A stretch of 64,000 nt of DNA, from assembly GCA_030753015.1 (NCBI GenBank), contig JASMDC010000008.1:47645-111644 (forward strand). Direction: 5' to 3'. The notes beneath the pieces were generated by a model that was not told where the DNA came from, ran no database searches, and worked only from the letters and a program-made list of their open reading frames with translations. Position numbers and translations under genes: made by a program. Origin of the DNA: Candidatus Undinarchaeales archaeon (GTDB lineage: Archaea; SpSt-1190; JASMDC01). This document shows positions 29,111 to 38,885 of the stretch, piece by piece. The first letter of the stretch is position 1; each line of letters opens with the position of its first letter.

Positions 29111-29308
29111 CTAGGCCCTCTTGTACCGCGCGATCTCGCTCACGAGATCGATCTGCGAGAGGAGCATGCGTCTACAGCAGTATCGCATGATGTTCAGGTC
29201 GTTGAGCACCTGTTCGGGGTTCTCACCCGCGGCCACTCGGCTCTGGTACGCATTGAAGTTCTCAGAGACGGGTGCACCACAGGTAAAGCATCGTACTGGA
29301 ATAATCAT
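29111..29308 (-). CDS. rpoN: RNA polymerase subunit N (Rpo10)
   Basis: MIIPVRCFTCG ... RYCCRRM. Confidence 0.97.
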   Translation of the reverse strand: MIIPVRCFTCGAPVSENFNAYQSRVAAGENPEQVLNDLNIMRYCCRRMLLSQIDLVSEIARYKRA

Positions 29309-29315
29309 TGTTCGC

Positions 29316-29717
29316 TCACCGGTATGATTTCTGTCGCCTCGCCCGGGGCTTGGACCGGTTGGGCTTGCACTTCTCGGTGCGCCGGGGATCGGCCACCAGG
29401 AGATGGCGGTCGTAGGTGAGGAAGAGGCGCTTGAGCTTCTCGTCCTCGGTGAACTCCACCAGTCCCTTCGCTATGGCGAGGCGCACGGCCTCTGACTGTG
29501 CGATCCGACCGCCGCCGTTGACGTTGATGCGGATGTCGATGGTCTTCACGACCTTGCCCGCCAGGATCAGTGGCTCACGGATACGTTCCCGGGCAAAGGC
29601 GGGCGTGAACAGCTCCAGAGGGACGCTGTTGATCTTGATTATGCCCTTTCCCTTGGAGAGGGTGGCCCTCGCCGTGGATCTCTTCCGCTTGCCGCTCGTA
29701 TGGATGATCTTGCTCAT
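29316..29717 (-). CDS. rps9: 30S ribosomal protein S9
   Basis: SGKRKRSTARA, YDRHLLVADPRR, QKSYR. Confidence 0.97.
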   Translation of the reverse strand: MSKIIHTSGKRKRSTARATLSKGKGIIKINSVPLELFTPAFARERIREPLILAGKVVKTIDIRINVNGGGRIAQSEAVRLAIAKGLVEFTEDEKLKRLFLTYDRHLLVADPRRTEKCKPNRSKPRARRQKSYR

Positions 29718-30145
29718 GACTCCCACCTGTCACGTGATATACCGAGCTCCCGGGAGATGTCCCCCAGGCGCATGAACTTTCCGGTGTTTGAGGAGGCGAG
29801 ATTGATTCCGGGGATGGTCTGGCTCTCAACGTCCTTGAGGGCCTGGGGCTTCCCGATGAACACTTTGAGGCGGTGGAAGGCATCGCGTCCGCGCTTCCGC
29901 TTGTAGGGCAGCATACCACGGACCGCCCTGCGCAGGATGCGGTCAGGCATACGGGGGAAGTGGGGTCCATGGTAGGGATGTCCCCGTGCCCGGCGTTGGC
30001 GGTAGTGGTCGAGGATGTGATTGCGGCTGCCGGTGATGATGGCCGACTCAGCGTTGATGATGCTGATCTTCTCACCCTCGAGGAGCTTCTTTGCGACTTG
30101 GGCGGCCAACCGCCCCATGATTAGGTCCTTGGCGTCGATGATCAT
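29714..30145 (-). CDS. rpl13: 50S ribosomal protein L13
   Basis: IIDAKDLIMGRLA, RRAVRGMLP. Confidence 0.97.
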   Translation of the reverse strand: MIIDAKDLIMGRLAAQVAKKLLEGEKISIINAESAIITGSRNHILDHYRQRRARGHPYHGPHFPRMPDRILRRAVRGMLPYKRKRGRDAFHRLKVFIGKPQALKDVESQTIPGINLASSNTGKFMRLGDISRELGISRDRWES

Positions 30146-30148
30146 AGT

Positions 30149-30502
30149 TTACACCATCACCCGCACGTCGGTGCCCTTGGGGTGCTTCTTGATTATCTCC
30201 TCGATGGAGAGGGTCTTGCCCCCGGCCTTTGTGATCTTGACCCTGGCCTTCTCGGAAAAGGTGAGAGCAGCGATGGTGAGCTTGTGGTCAAGCTCGCCGG
30301 TACTGAGCACCTTTCCAGGGACAACGATGGTCTCGCCCTTGTTGGTGTGGCGGTTGAGCCGTGAGAGGTTGATGACCGGCCTTCCCCGGGTCGGTTTGGT
30401 CAGCCGCTCGGAGAGGTCCCGCCAGATCGGGGCTTCTCCCTTGGTCCCGGCCCGCTTGAGGGCGATTATGAGCCGTCTGAGGTTATCGTCCGTCTTTTTC
30501 AT
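30149..30502 (-). CDS. rpl18e: 50S ribosomal protein L18e
   Basis: APIWR, INLSRLNR, VVPGKVL. Confidence 0.96.
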   Translation of the reverse strand: MKKTDDNLRRLIIALKRAGTKGEAPIWRDLSERLTKPTRGRPVINLSRLNRHTNKGETIVVPGKVLSTGELDHKLTIAALTFSEKARVKITKAGGKTLSIEEIIKKHPKGTDVRVMV

Positions 30503-30528
30503 GGTCTCGACCCGTGAACTTGTGAAAT

Positions 30529-30560
30529 CGCCGGTCCGAGGCGAGCATTGCCTCCCGGCG
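30529..30560 (-). promoter_or_regulatory. 5' leader hairpin of the L18e-L13-S9-rpoN operon
   Basis: CGCCGG-GAGGC-AATGCTC-GCCTC-GGA-CCGGCG lies between a TATA box (CTATAAAA near 30590) and the ATG. Confidence 0.45.
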
Positions 30561-30701
30561 TGTCTTGCGGATTCAAAGACTAATGGTTTTATAGGTTGCG
30601 GTTAAGCGGGGCCCGTCTCCCGGGGGACGGAAGGCCAGTCCGGCAAGAATGGTGTTCAGCTCGCCATAACCTTTTTATCGCTCCCTGTCTGTTCAATGGT
30701 C

Positions 30702-30784
30702 ACCCGGATGATGAGCTCGCGTTCCCGATGCCCCGGACCTGGGAGGTCCGGTCGCTGTGACGAGGATTTTGAGTTCTGACGGGT
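30702..30784 (+). ncRNA. Box C/D sRNA; D guide complementary to a tRNA-Leu(CAA) anticodon arm
   Basis: Terminal stem ACCCG/CGGGT, C box ATGATGA, D' CCGA, C' GTGACGA, D guide GGATTTTGAGTT, D box CTGA. TTTTTAT box upstream and T-rich tract downstream. Confidence 0.85.
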
Positions 30785-30855
30785 CCCCCTTCTATTTTGG
30801 TTTCCTTTCTGAAACCGCATCGTTCTTATACCAGCAAGTAGAGAAGGCGTAGAGA

Positions 30856-33417
30856 ATGAATACACCCTCTCGCGGAGCCTGCCTCCTCATCGCTGTCCTC
30901 CTTGCGTGTCCGGCCCTCGCCGAGGAAGAGTACTCCTTTGAGCGCTCCGAGAGGCTCGTCCACCTGATCGAATGGCGAGAGTACGGCCCCGATGCCTTCG
31001 ACGAGGCCATGCGAGAGAATAAACCCGTCTTCCTCCTGCTGACCGCTCCATCCTGGTGCTATTGGTGCCAGGTCTATGAGAGCGAAGACTATCTGTTCCA
31101 TCCATCGATCTTCCCTCTCATCAATGAGCGGTTCGTTCCCATCTACGTCGACGCCGATAAGCGGATGGACCTGACCCGTCAGTATCTAGAAGGTGGGTGG
31201 CCGTCCACGACCCTTCTGACCCCGGGGAGGGAACGGATCACTGGTTGGTCGGGTCCGCGGCCCGTGACGGTAATGGAGAGTGCACTTCAAGAAGCGGTTT
31301 CTTACGTGGCGTCCCATGACGAGGTCAATGCCATCGAGTACGAGTACAAGGCGATGCCTTCTGAGGTCCCGACCGAGGTACAGCTTCGGACCTTTTTACA
31401 GGATTATGCCGTGTTCATCGAAAGGGTTCATGATCCACTGTACGGAGGGTTCGGCCCCGGTCAGAAGTTCCCTCAGCCCCGTACGCTCCTCTACGCGCTC
31501 GACCTGTACGAATCGACAGGTGAGGAGCCATGGCTCCAAATGGTGCGCACCACCCTGCAGCACCAGTACACACGTCGTGGTGACATCGCGACCGACTACA
31601 ACCTCTTCGATCCTGTCGAGGGAGGCTTCCATCGGTACGGGACACAGCGTGACTGGACGCCCCCACATTACGAGAAGATGCTCTATGACAACGCACGTCT
31701 CCTCCGGTTGTACCACCGCCTCGGCCGCATGGATCCCGAGAACGAGGAGGCTGCCGATGTCGTTGATATGACCTTGGCGTTCATGGAGCGCGAGTGGTGG
31801 GATGCCTCTGCAGGAGGGTTCTGGGGGAACAGCGACGTCCATGGCGAGGACGCATACTACGGCAAGGATCCCCGCCCGTCCCCGTCCCCCCGAGTGGAGC
31901 GGACGAAGTACACCGATTGGAACAGCGAAACCGTCGTCACCTTCCTTCACCTCTGGAACGCCACGGGGAACACGACCCACAGGGACATGGCCCGGCGCAC
32001 CCTGGATTTCCTCATCGAAGAGATAGTGACCGACAGGGGTGTGTTCCATTTCATGGACGAGAACGGGACGAAGGGAGTGCGTGGCTCGCTCCTTGACGAT
32101 GCTTACCTCCTCCTCGCCTGCATGGATGGGTATGCGGTCCTGGGTGATGAGCGGTACCTGGACACGGCCCGGAAGTTAGGGGACAACGCCCTGGAGCATA
32201 TGTACGACTGGCACGGTGGGGGATTCTTCGAGCGCAACAGTCCGGACGCCCACCTTTACGCACCGGGGGAGGACATCCACCTCGCGAAGCCCCCGGCGGA
32301 GAACGGCATCATGGCCTATGCTCTGCTCAGGCTCCACGTCGCCACCGGTGAGAAGAGGTACCTTATCACCGGATTGCGCACGATGGGGGCGATGCGGAAC
32401 GAGACGCTGGTTCTCGATACCGGGTATTACCATGTCCTGGCGGCCAACCTTGTGCTCGATCACGGTCTCTTGACAGAACACGAGCGTATCAGGGACGATT
32501 TTCAAGAAGAGGAGCAAGAGCGCCGGGAAGGGTTCTGGCTCGACGCCAGGCTCGGACGGGCCCCGACCGTGAAGCCGGCCAGAGAACCACTGCCTGTGGA
32601 AGGACCGACCTCCGAGCTCGAGGGCCCACCGTCAGAGCCCTCTGTCCCCAAGGCACCACTTACCATCCTCCTAGTAGTCGCACTGATGGCGGGTCTGATC
32701 TCTTTCGCTTCGCCCTGCACGCTCTCCATCCTCCCCGCTTACCTCGCGTTCACCCTGCGCGCTCATCAGAAAGGCCTGAGGGCGATGACCTTGGCGTTCC
32801 TCCTCGGGATGATCTCCACCTTCACCCTTCTTGGGATGAGCGCCACGGCAATGGGGATGTTTCTGCAAACGAACGTCGTCCTCTTCTCGAAGGCGGCCGG
32901 TCTCGCGATCATAGCCTTCGGACTCTATATCATCGCTGGTGGTAACTTTGCCGGACCAAGGATGACAGTACATGGCCCTACCTCCGCTGCAGGTGCTTTT
33001 CTGTTCGGGGCTGCGATGGGGATCTCCTGGACCCCTTGCGTCGGTCCGGTCCTGGTATCCATCCTCATTCTTGCGTCCACAACGGCGTCGATGGGTTCCG
33101 GAGGAATGCTCCTGTTCGCCTACGGGTGCGGTCTGGCCATCCCGCTCGTGATCGTCTCGTTCTATCTCGATTCCATCGACAGGAACGGTCGGTTCTGGCG
33201 CGCGCTCCGAGGGCGAGAGATACGTGTACGGCTCTTCGGACACGAGCTCACGGCCCACACTACCGTACTTGTGTCAGGTCTCCTGTTCCTCTTTATCGGT
33301 ACTCTGATACTCACTGACAGTCTCATCGCCCTAAACGGCCTATTGAGCGTCTCATGGGTCCAAGGATGGGTGTACGGTGCGGAAGAACGGCTCCTGGCAC
33401 TTGCAGGATGGTCGTGA
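30856..33417 (+). CDS. Secreted YyaL/DUF255 thioredoxin-domain protein fused to a CcdA/DsbD transmembrane domain
   Basis: Signal peptide, WCYWC, GGWP, KFP, GGFHRY and PHYEKMLYDNA. C-terminal SFASPC and SWTPCVGP. Confidence 0.88.
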   Translation: MNTPSRGACLLIAVLLACPALAEEEYSFERSERLVHLIEWREYGPDAFDEAMRENKPVFLLLTAPSWCYWCQVYESEDYLFHPSIFPLINERFVPIYVDADKRMDLTRQYLEGGWPSTTLLTPGRERITGWSGPRPVTVMESALQEAVSYVASHDEVNAIEYEYKAMPSEVPTEVQLRTFLQDYAVFIERVHDPLYGGFGPGQKFPQPRTLLYALDLYESTGEEPWLQMVRTTLQHQYTRRGDIATDYNLFDPVEGGFHRYGTQRDWTPPHYEKMLYDNARLLRLYHRLGRMDPENEEAADVVDMTLAFMEREWWDASAGGFWGNSDVHGEDAYYGKDPRPSPSPRVERTKYTDWNSETVVTFLHLWNATGNTTHRDMARRTLDFLIEEIVTDRGVFHFMDENGTKGVRGSLLDDAYLLLACMDGYAVLGDERYLDTARKLGDNALEHMYDWHGGGFFERNSPDAHLYAPGEDIHLAKPPAENGIMAYALLRLHVATGEKRYLITGLRTMGAMRNETLVLDTGYYHVLAANLVLDHGLLTEHERIRDDFQEEEQERREGFWLDARLGRAPTVKPAREPLPVEGPTSELEGPPSEPSVPKAPLTILLVVALMAGLISFASPCTLSILPAYLAFTLRAHQKGLRAMTLAFLLGMISTFTLLGMSATAMGMFLQTNVVLFSKAAGLAIIAFGLYIIAGGNFAGPRMTVHGPTSAAGAFLFGAAMGISWTPCVGPVLVSILILASTTASMGSGGMLLFAYGCGLAIPLVIVSFYLDSIDRNGRFWRALRGREIRVRLFGHELTAHTTVLVSGLLFLFIGTLILTDSLIALNGLLSVSWVQGWVYGAEERLLALAGWS

Positions 33418-33466
33418 TGTGGACCCGCCGCTGCCTTTTTAAATGATAGGTCGGCGAGAGATTTGC

Positions 33467-34090
33467 ATGATCATCGCCACGGACCTCGAGGGGATCCTCA
33501 TGCCCGAGATCTGGGAGCATATTGCCAAGGAGACCGGTATCGAGGCATTGAAGATCACTACGCGGGATGAGCCCGACTTCGTGAAGCTCATGGAGCATCG
33601 CGTCAGCGTTCTTCGAGAGCATGACATAAAGCTACCTGACCTCGTCGCCATGGCGCATCAGGTGGAGCCATTCCTCGCCACCAGAGCGTTCCTCAAGTGG
33701 GCCCGGACCAAGGGCCAGATCATGATCATCTCCGATACGTTCCAAGAGTTCGCTGACCATTTCATCGATGTGGTAGGAGCCTACAACCTCTTTGCCAACA
33801 GGTTCCAGGTAGCTCCCGATGGTACCATCCTCGGATGCAATCTCCGCATCCGCGGCAAGAAGGAGCGCGTCACCCAGTCACTGAAGGATATCGGGTTCTT
33901 TGTCGTGGGTATCGGTGATTCGTTCAACGACATATCTCTGCTCAAGACCTGCTCGTTCCCCATCCTGTACCGAACGCCCGAAGAAGTGACAACACAGTTC
34001 CATGATGCACCGCGGGTGACGAACCTCGACGCCCTCAAGGCGACCATCGAGGCCCTTCCGGACGAACCGAACGGGAACTGTGGAGCGTAG
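33467..34090 (+). CDS. thrH: Phosphoserine phosphatase/homoserine phosphotransferase ThrH (HAD)
   Basis: DLEGILMPEIW, TTRDEPD, ISDTF, GDSFND. Confidence 0.9.
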   Translation: MIIATDLEGILMPEIWEHIAKETGIEALKITTRDEPDFVKLMEHRVSVLREHDIKLPDLVAMAHQVEPFLATRAFLKWARTKGQIMIISDTFQEFADHFIDVVGAYNLFANRFQVAPDGTILGCNLRIRGKKERVTQSLKDIGFFVVGIGDSFNDISLLKTCSFPILYRTPEEVTTQFHDAPRVTNLDALKATIEALPDEPNGNCGA

Positions 34091-34139
34091 CCCTTCGACA
34101 GATCGGTGACCAAGGACCTCAGCGGTCGTCGCGGTAGCT

Positions 34140-34478
34140 CTAGTCCTCATTACTGATGAAGTAACCAGCGACCGCGCCAGTGCTGGCGCAGCCCACATAG
34201 AGCGCGATGTCAGCTGCGTCCATGGGGGGGGGAGCATAGCGGTCCTGGACCGCAGGGATCTCCCGCAGGAGCTGGGGGATGATGCCGTCGCCGGGTGGGC
34301 CTGTCGGACCCCGGGGTTCGAGCGTGTGGTGTACGATCTCGGCCAGACCAAGGCCAAGCAGCCCACCGATGAGCGTACCGGTCACGACACTGGCGTCCAG
34401 GTCGTCGGCCATCCCGTACGTGGGCGATGCGCCGCTCTCGCTGTATCCTTCGGTCATGAGATCCATATCGTACATCAC
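34140..34478 (-). CDS. Hypothetical small membrane protein
   Basis: Two hydrophobic segments and a GGAGG RBS. Confidence 0.55.
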   Translation of the reverse strand: MMYDMDLMTEGYSESGASPTYGMADDLDASVVTGTLIGGLLGLGLAEIVHHTLEPRGPTGPPGDGIIPQLLREIPAVQDRYAPPPMDAADIALYVGCASTGAVAGYFISNED

Positions 34479-34631
34479 GTCCAGCCTCCAGTGTCCTGTC
34501 GCCGTTCGGAGAGATCGTCCCTTCTTATACCTGCTCTTGGGAGTTGCCCGTCACACATCGACGCACGGTCCCGGCCCACCGCGGGGCAACCCTTTTAACC
34601 CTTGCCACTCCAGTCTAGGTCAGGGATCACC

Positions 34632-35012
34632 ATGATGCCGATGAACTCTCGCAACATGCGCCAGATGCAGAAGATGATGAAGGGAATGGGGATGCAGGAC
34701 CTCGACGTCAAGCGCGTCATCTTCGAGTTCGGCGACAAGAAGCAGGTCATCATCAACCCCAAGGTCGTGAAGATGAGCATGCAGGGCGTGGACACGTTCC
34801 AGGTGGTGGGCCAGGCCCAGCCCTTTAAGGATGAGCCCGTACAGGCACCAGCGCCTGCAGCTCCGGAACCCGCTGCACCCGCCAAGCCCGCATTGTCCGA
34901 GGAGGATGTCAAGCTCATCGCCCAGCAGACCGGCTCCAGCCTGGCAGACGCCAAGGCCGCCCTCGAGGAGACAGGCGACCTCGCAGCCGCCATCCTCAAG
35001 CTGTCAAGCTAG
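34632..35012 (+). CDS. nac: Nascent polypeptide-associated complex protein
   Basis: MQKMMKGMG, FQVVG, and a UBA tail EEDVKLIAQQTG...GDLAAAILKL. Confidence 0.95.
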   Translation: MMPMNSRNMRQMQKMMKGMGMQDLDVKRVIFEFGDKKQVIINPKVVKMSMQGVDTFQVVGQAQPFKDEPVQAPAPAAPEPAAPAKPALSEEDVKLIAQQTGSSLADAKAALEETGDLAAAILKLSS

Positions 35013-35080
35013 TGCCCGTCCCCGTCAGGGGAGAGCTTAAAACGATTTGCTCCCGAAGTGGTCACGTGCGCGAGCGTAGA

Positions 35081-35539
35081 ATGCTGTTCGCAGAGGTACT
35101 CCTAATCCTGTGCATCGTTCTCATCTATGACCAGCTCACCGGGATCGATCCCATGCATGTTACGCTCGAGAGCGGTGAATCCATCCCTGTTATGGGCAGC
35201 TCGTTCGATTACATGGACGCGATCATCTTCATTATCACGTCGTTTGTCGCCGGTGCGAGCTTCGCGTTCCTGTTCCTCAGTGACGGGAGCAGCGAGGATA
35301 ACACGGTGCCTGAGACCGATGCCGCGCCACCCAATATCGAGCTGCTCCTCACTCCGGACGAGCGGAACATGTACAATAAAATAAAAGAGAACGACGGGCA
35401 GATGCTCCAGAAGGACCTTGTCACCGAGATGCCCTACGGTGGCGTGAAGGTGAGCCGGATCATCACGCGGCTCGAGAAGAAGGGGGTCGCTGTCCGCTAC
35501 AAGCACGGCCTCACCAACCGGATAGCTCTCAAGGGGTAA
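35081..35539 (+). CDS. Membrane-anchored winged-HTH transcriptional regulator
   Basis: Two TM helices plus LTPDER...QKDLV...KVSRIITRLEKKG...GLTNRI. Confidence 0.85.
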   Translation: MLFAEVLLILCIVLIYDQLTGIDPMHVTLESGESIPVMGSSFDYMDAIIFIITSFVAGASFAFLFLSDGSSEDNTVPETDAAPPNIELLLTPDERNMYNKIKENDGQMLQKDLVTEMPYGGVKVSRIITRLEKKGVAVRYKHGLTNRIALKG

Positions 35540-35586
35540 GAAACACACTGTTTTCATGTGTTTTCACTCACGTGAAAGCAGCTTCA
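35540..35586. promoter_or_regulatory. Phased TGTTTTCA/TGAAAGCA repeat array (candidate operator)
   Basis: TTCA/TGAA units at about 10-bp spacing, upstream of the TTTAA box of the export operon. Confidence 0.6.
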
Positions 35587-35645
35587 CATCATTACGGGGA
35601 ACGTTCTTTAACCATTTCAGCGCTCAATCCTCCCGGTGAGTCCCA

Positions 35646-36284
35646 ATGGGTGTGTACCAGCGTATAGCTGACATGGATAAATGGAAACGGATCGCATTGA
35701 TCGTGGTATGCATCTTCTCGGTCCTGTTGATAGGCGCCGTGGTCCACTTCAAGGGTGCAAAGTACGACCTCTCGGCCGAGCAGAAGGCGAGCATCCTTGC
35801 CATCGCACAGAGCGAGATGGGCACTGAGGGGACGTGGACAGTGCTCGACAAGGCCTTTAAGCTCCGGACCCGGGAAGGCGATCACACCATCGCTAATGCT
35901 TATTATAAAGGGAGCGATGGAGACACCCTGCTCACCATCGACCTCGATGCTAGCAAGGTGGTCCAGCGCATCGACCGGCGTGGATGGATGGTCGAGTCAC
36001 AGGTGGGTACCTACCGTTCTTCATGGAAAGGGGGCAAGGTACCGCCGATTCCGGCGCTCCTGTTCACCAAACGGCACTCGCACCCGCTGGGTCCCATCAT
36101 CCCCCTGGTTATCCTCGTGATCCTTGCGTACGGCATCGACTGGTTGTTCTTCTCGCGAAGGGCACCAGAAGAAAAGGACCGTGACGAGGAATCCGATAGT
36201 GTTATAATCTCCAAAGAAAAGGAGGGGCTCCCAGAGGATGAAGAGCCCGAAGAAGAACCTGTCAAGAAGAAAAAGAAGAAGTGA
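35646..36284 (+). CDS. Hypothetical two-TM membrane protein
   Basis: Two hydrophobic helices and a charged tail. First gene of the operon. Confidence 0.7.
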   Translation: MGVYQRIADMDKWKRIALIVVCIFSVLLIGAVVHFKGAKYDLSAEQKASILAIAQSEMGTEGTWTVLDKAFKLRTREGDHTIANAYYKGSDGDTLLTIDLDASKVVQRIDRRGWMVESQVGTYRSSWKGGKVPPIPALLFTKRHSHPLGPIIPLVILVILAYGIDWLFFSRRAPEEKDRDEESDSVIISKEKEGLPEDEEPEEEPVKKKKKK

Positions 36285-36330
36285 GCTACGAGACCAAGAA
36301 CATACGTGAGAACTTGAGAGGACAGGTACC

Positions 36331-37158
36331 ATGGCGGATAGAAATGTGGAGAAAAAGAAACCGGTGATCATCGCCAGTCACATCACGAAGGAGTACCGTC
36401 TGGGCAAGGTCATAGTCCATGCCCTCCGGGACCTCTCTGTCGAGGTGGAAGAGGGTTCCTTCGTGGCCATCATGGGGCCCTCCGGCTCGGGCAAGAGCAC
36501 GCTCCTGCACATGATATCGGCCCTTGACCGTCCGACGAGCGGCCAGGTCATCCTGGAGGATGAGGACATCACTGCTGCCTCGGACCGGCGCCTCGCTCGC
36601 GTCAGGAGCAAGCAGGTGGGATTCGTGTTCCAGTTCTTCAACCTCTTCCCCACGATGTCCGCCCAGGACAATGTGGAGTTCCCCATGATGATCGCGAACA
36701 TGCCAGGCAGTAAGCGAAGGAAGCGCGCAAAAGAGCTCCTGGAGCTGGTGGGCCTCGGCGACCGACGCCACCATACACCTGGCGAGCTCTCAGGCGGACA
36801 GCGCCAACGCGTCGCCATCGCCCGGTCGCTGGCGAACGATCCTCCCGTGGTCTTTTGTGACGAGCCTACAGGGAATCTTGACTCAACGGCCTCGAAGGAG
36901 ATCATGGAGCTCCTGCACCGACTGTGCAAGGAGCAGGGAAAGACCATAGTCATAGTCACACACGATCCTGCCGTAGGCGCGGTCACCGATCGGATGATCG
37001 AGCTGTGCGACGGACAGATATGCAAGGACGTAAAGAACGGCAAAGGTGAGAAACATGACAAGGAAGAGAAACCTGCAAAGAAACGATCGAAGCGGAAGCG
37101 TTCCGCTATCAAGAAGACACCAAAGAAAGCGAAAGGAGGAGAGAAGAATGCAGAATGA
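36331..37158 (+). CDS. ABC ATPase, MacB/LolD type
   Basis: GPSGSGKS, LSGGQRQR, DEPTGNLD, VTHD. Confidence 0.95.
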   Translation: MADRNVEKKKPVIIASHITKEYRLGKVIVHALRDLSVEVEEGSFVAIMGPSGSGKSTLLHMISALDRPTSGQVILEDEDITAASDRRLARVRSKQVGFVFQFFNLFPTMSAQDNVEFPMMIANMPGSKRRKRAKELLELVGLGDRRHHTPGELSGGQRQRVAIARSLANDPPVVFCDEPTGNLDSTASKEIMELLHRLCKEQGKTIVIVTHDPAVGAVTDRMIELCDGQICKDVKNGKGEKHDKEEKPAKKRSKRKRSAIKKTPKKAKGGEKNAE

Positions 37159-38839
37159 TAACACGATCTACAACCTCGGCCTTGTACTCGCGCTAGCGCT
37201 CGTGATGCTCGCGACGCCTGCGACCGCGGCTTCGTCGGTCACGATCCCCACGTTGGCCAACATCCAGGTGACCGTGCTCACGACCGATCCACAGACCGTG
37301 GAACCGGGTCGCGACCTCCTGCTCACCCTCAAGGTGGAGAACTACGGGAGTGAGGCAGCCGATAACGTTACTGTTACATTCAAGGCCCGCTACCCATTCG
37401 ATCTCAAACCGGGTGAGGATGCCACGACCGATGTGGGTCGTCTCGGCCCCCTTCGTGAGGCCTATGTCGAATACGACCTTCTCGTACGCGAGGACGCTGT
37501 CGAGGGGACGTACACGATCATCATCGACTCGTGCATGGATAACTGCGAGAAGGACCGGTCATCCACCGAGCTCGACATCCGAGTGAACGCCGCACCTAAC
37601 GTACTCGTTACAGCCACAAAAGTGCCTGAGCTCATCGGCTCCGATATGGAGGTACCGGTCAGGATCACCGTTGAGAACGTGGGGGCCGGGCCAGCTCGCA
37701 AGGTACAGGTCGAGTTCAGCACAGTGCCATCAGGCTCAACGGACGCATCCCTGTTCACTCTGGTGGATTCGGCCCAGGTCGCCTTCCTCGGCGACATGGC
37801 ACCTCGCTCGCTTCGCCACATCGACCTCACCTACCGTACTGGAGAGGGCGCTGATGGCATCTACAAGCTCCCGGTGACGATCACCTACTCCGACGGGGAC
37901 GACGTGGAGAAGGACTTCACCGTCACCATTGACGTGAACGCGCAACCGGACATCACCATCGGGAAGATCTCCGTCAATCCGCCTCGCATCCTCCCCGGAT
38001 CGGTGGTCAGCGCCACCATCCCCTTCACGAACACGGGCGATTGGGAGGCCGAGGACCTCAAGATCGTGCTCTCCACCATCCCCGTGGGGGCTACGGGTCA
38101 GACCACGCCCTTCGGCCTGGTGGATGGGACCGCCCAGCGCACATATGACCTCATCGCAGCGAACGGTAGCGACCTGGCCACATTCTCCCTACTGGTGGAC
38201 CCTGACGCCACCGGTGTGTACACCCTCAAGGCATACCTCACCTATAAGGGGCTTGCCGCGCCCATGGAAGGTGTCATCTCCGTCCCCGTGTTCGGCGAAC
38301 CCCGGCTCGAGGCCGCCGTGCGCGGCGTTAGCCAAGAGAACGGGAACCTCCAGCTCTCGGTGGACGTCATGAACTCCGGCAGCGGCACGGCCAACGCCAT
38401 CGTGGTTGAGCTCACCCCCTCGGACGAGGACGTGAAGCTGGTGTCCTCACCCCGCTCGCTCCTTGGCTCGCTGGCCCCCAACGAGATCCAGACCGTGGAC
38501 TTCACGCTCAAGATACCGCAGCCCGAGCGCACTTTCACACGGACCGGTGGACGTGGCGAGGATCCCGAGGGAACGCCGAAACCTACGCCGGAGCCGGTGA
38601 AGAGGACGTTCACGGCCGACGTGACCCTCCTTTACAAGAACGCCATGAACCAGGACCTGTCAGAGCCGACGGAGCTCTCATTCTCCGAGCCCCAGCGGCA
38701 GACATCCGGTATGGCCTCGACACATGGGGCGGGGGGCATGAGCAGGAATCTCCAGTACGGAATGTACGCCCTGACGGCCCTCGGCGCCCTGACCATCGTG
38801 CGCTGGCTCTTCGGAAAACTGTTCGGCGGCGGGGACTAG
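37148..38839 (+). CDS. COG1361 S-layer-like Ig-repeat membrane protein
   Basis: Signal peptide, repeated VENxGxxxA / LGxLxP modules, C-terminal TM helix. Confidence 0.85.
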   Translation: MQNDNTIYNLGLVLALALVMLATPATAASSVTIPTLANIQVTVLTTDPQTVEPGRDLLLTLKVENYGSEAADNVTVTFKARYPFDLKPGEDATTDVGRLGPLREAYVEYDLLVREDAVEGTYTIIIDSCMDNCEKDRSSTELDIRVNAAPNVLVTATKVPELIGSDMEVPVRITVENVGAGPARKVQVEFSTVPSGSTDASLFTLVDSAQVAFLGDMAPRSLRHIDLTYRTGEGADGIYKLPVTITYSDGDDVEKDFTVTIDVNAQPDITIGKISVNPPRILPGSVVSATIPFTNTGDWEAEDLKIVLSTIPVGATGQTTPFGLVDGTAQRTYDLIAANGSDLATFSLLVDPDATGVYTLKAYLTYKGLAAPMEGVISVPVFGEPRLEAAVRGVSQENGNLQLSVDVMNSGSGTANAIVVELTPSDEDVKLVSSPRSLLGSLAPNEIQTVDFTLKIPQPERTFTRTGGRGEDPEGTPKPTPEPVKRTFTADVTLLYKNAMNQDLSEPTELSFSEPQRQTSGMASTHGAGGMSRNLQYGMYALTALGALTIVRWLFGKLFGGGD

Positions 38840-38885
38840 TCCGGTCCCACAAGGTACGACATATCATAATATGGAGGAATGAACG

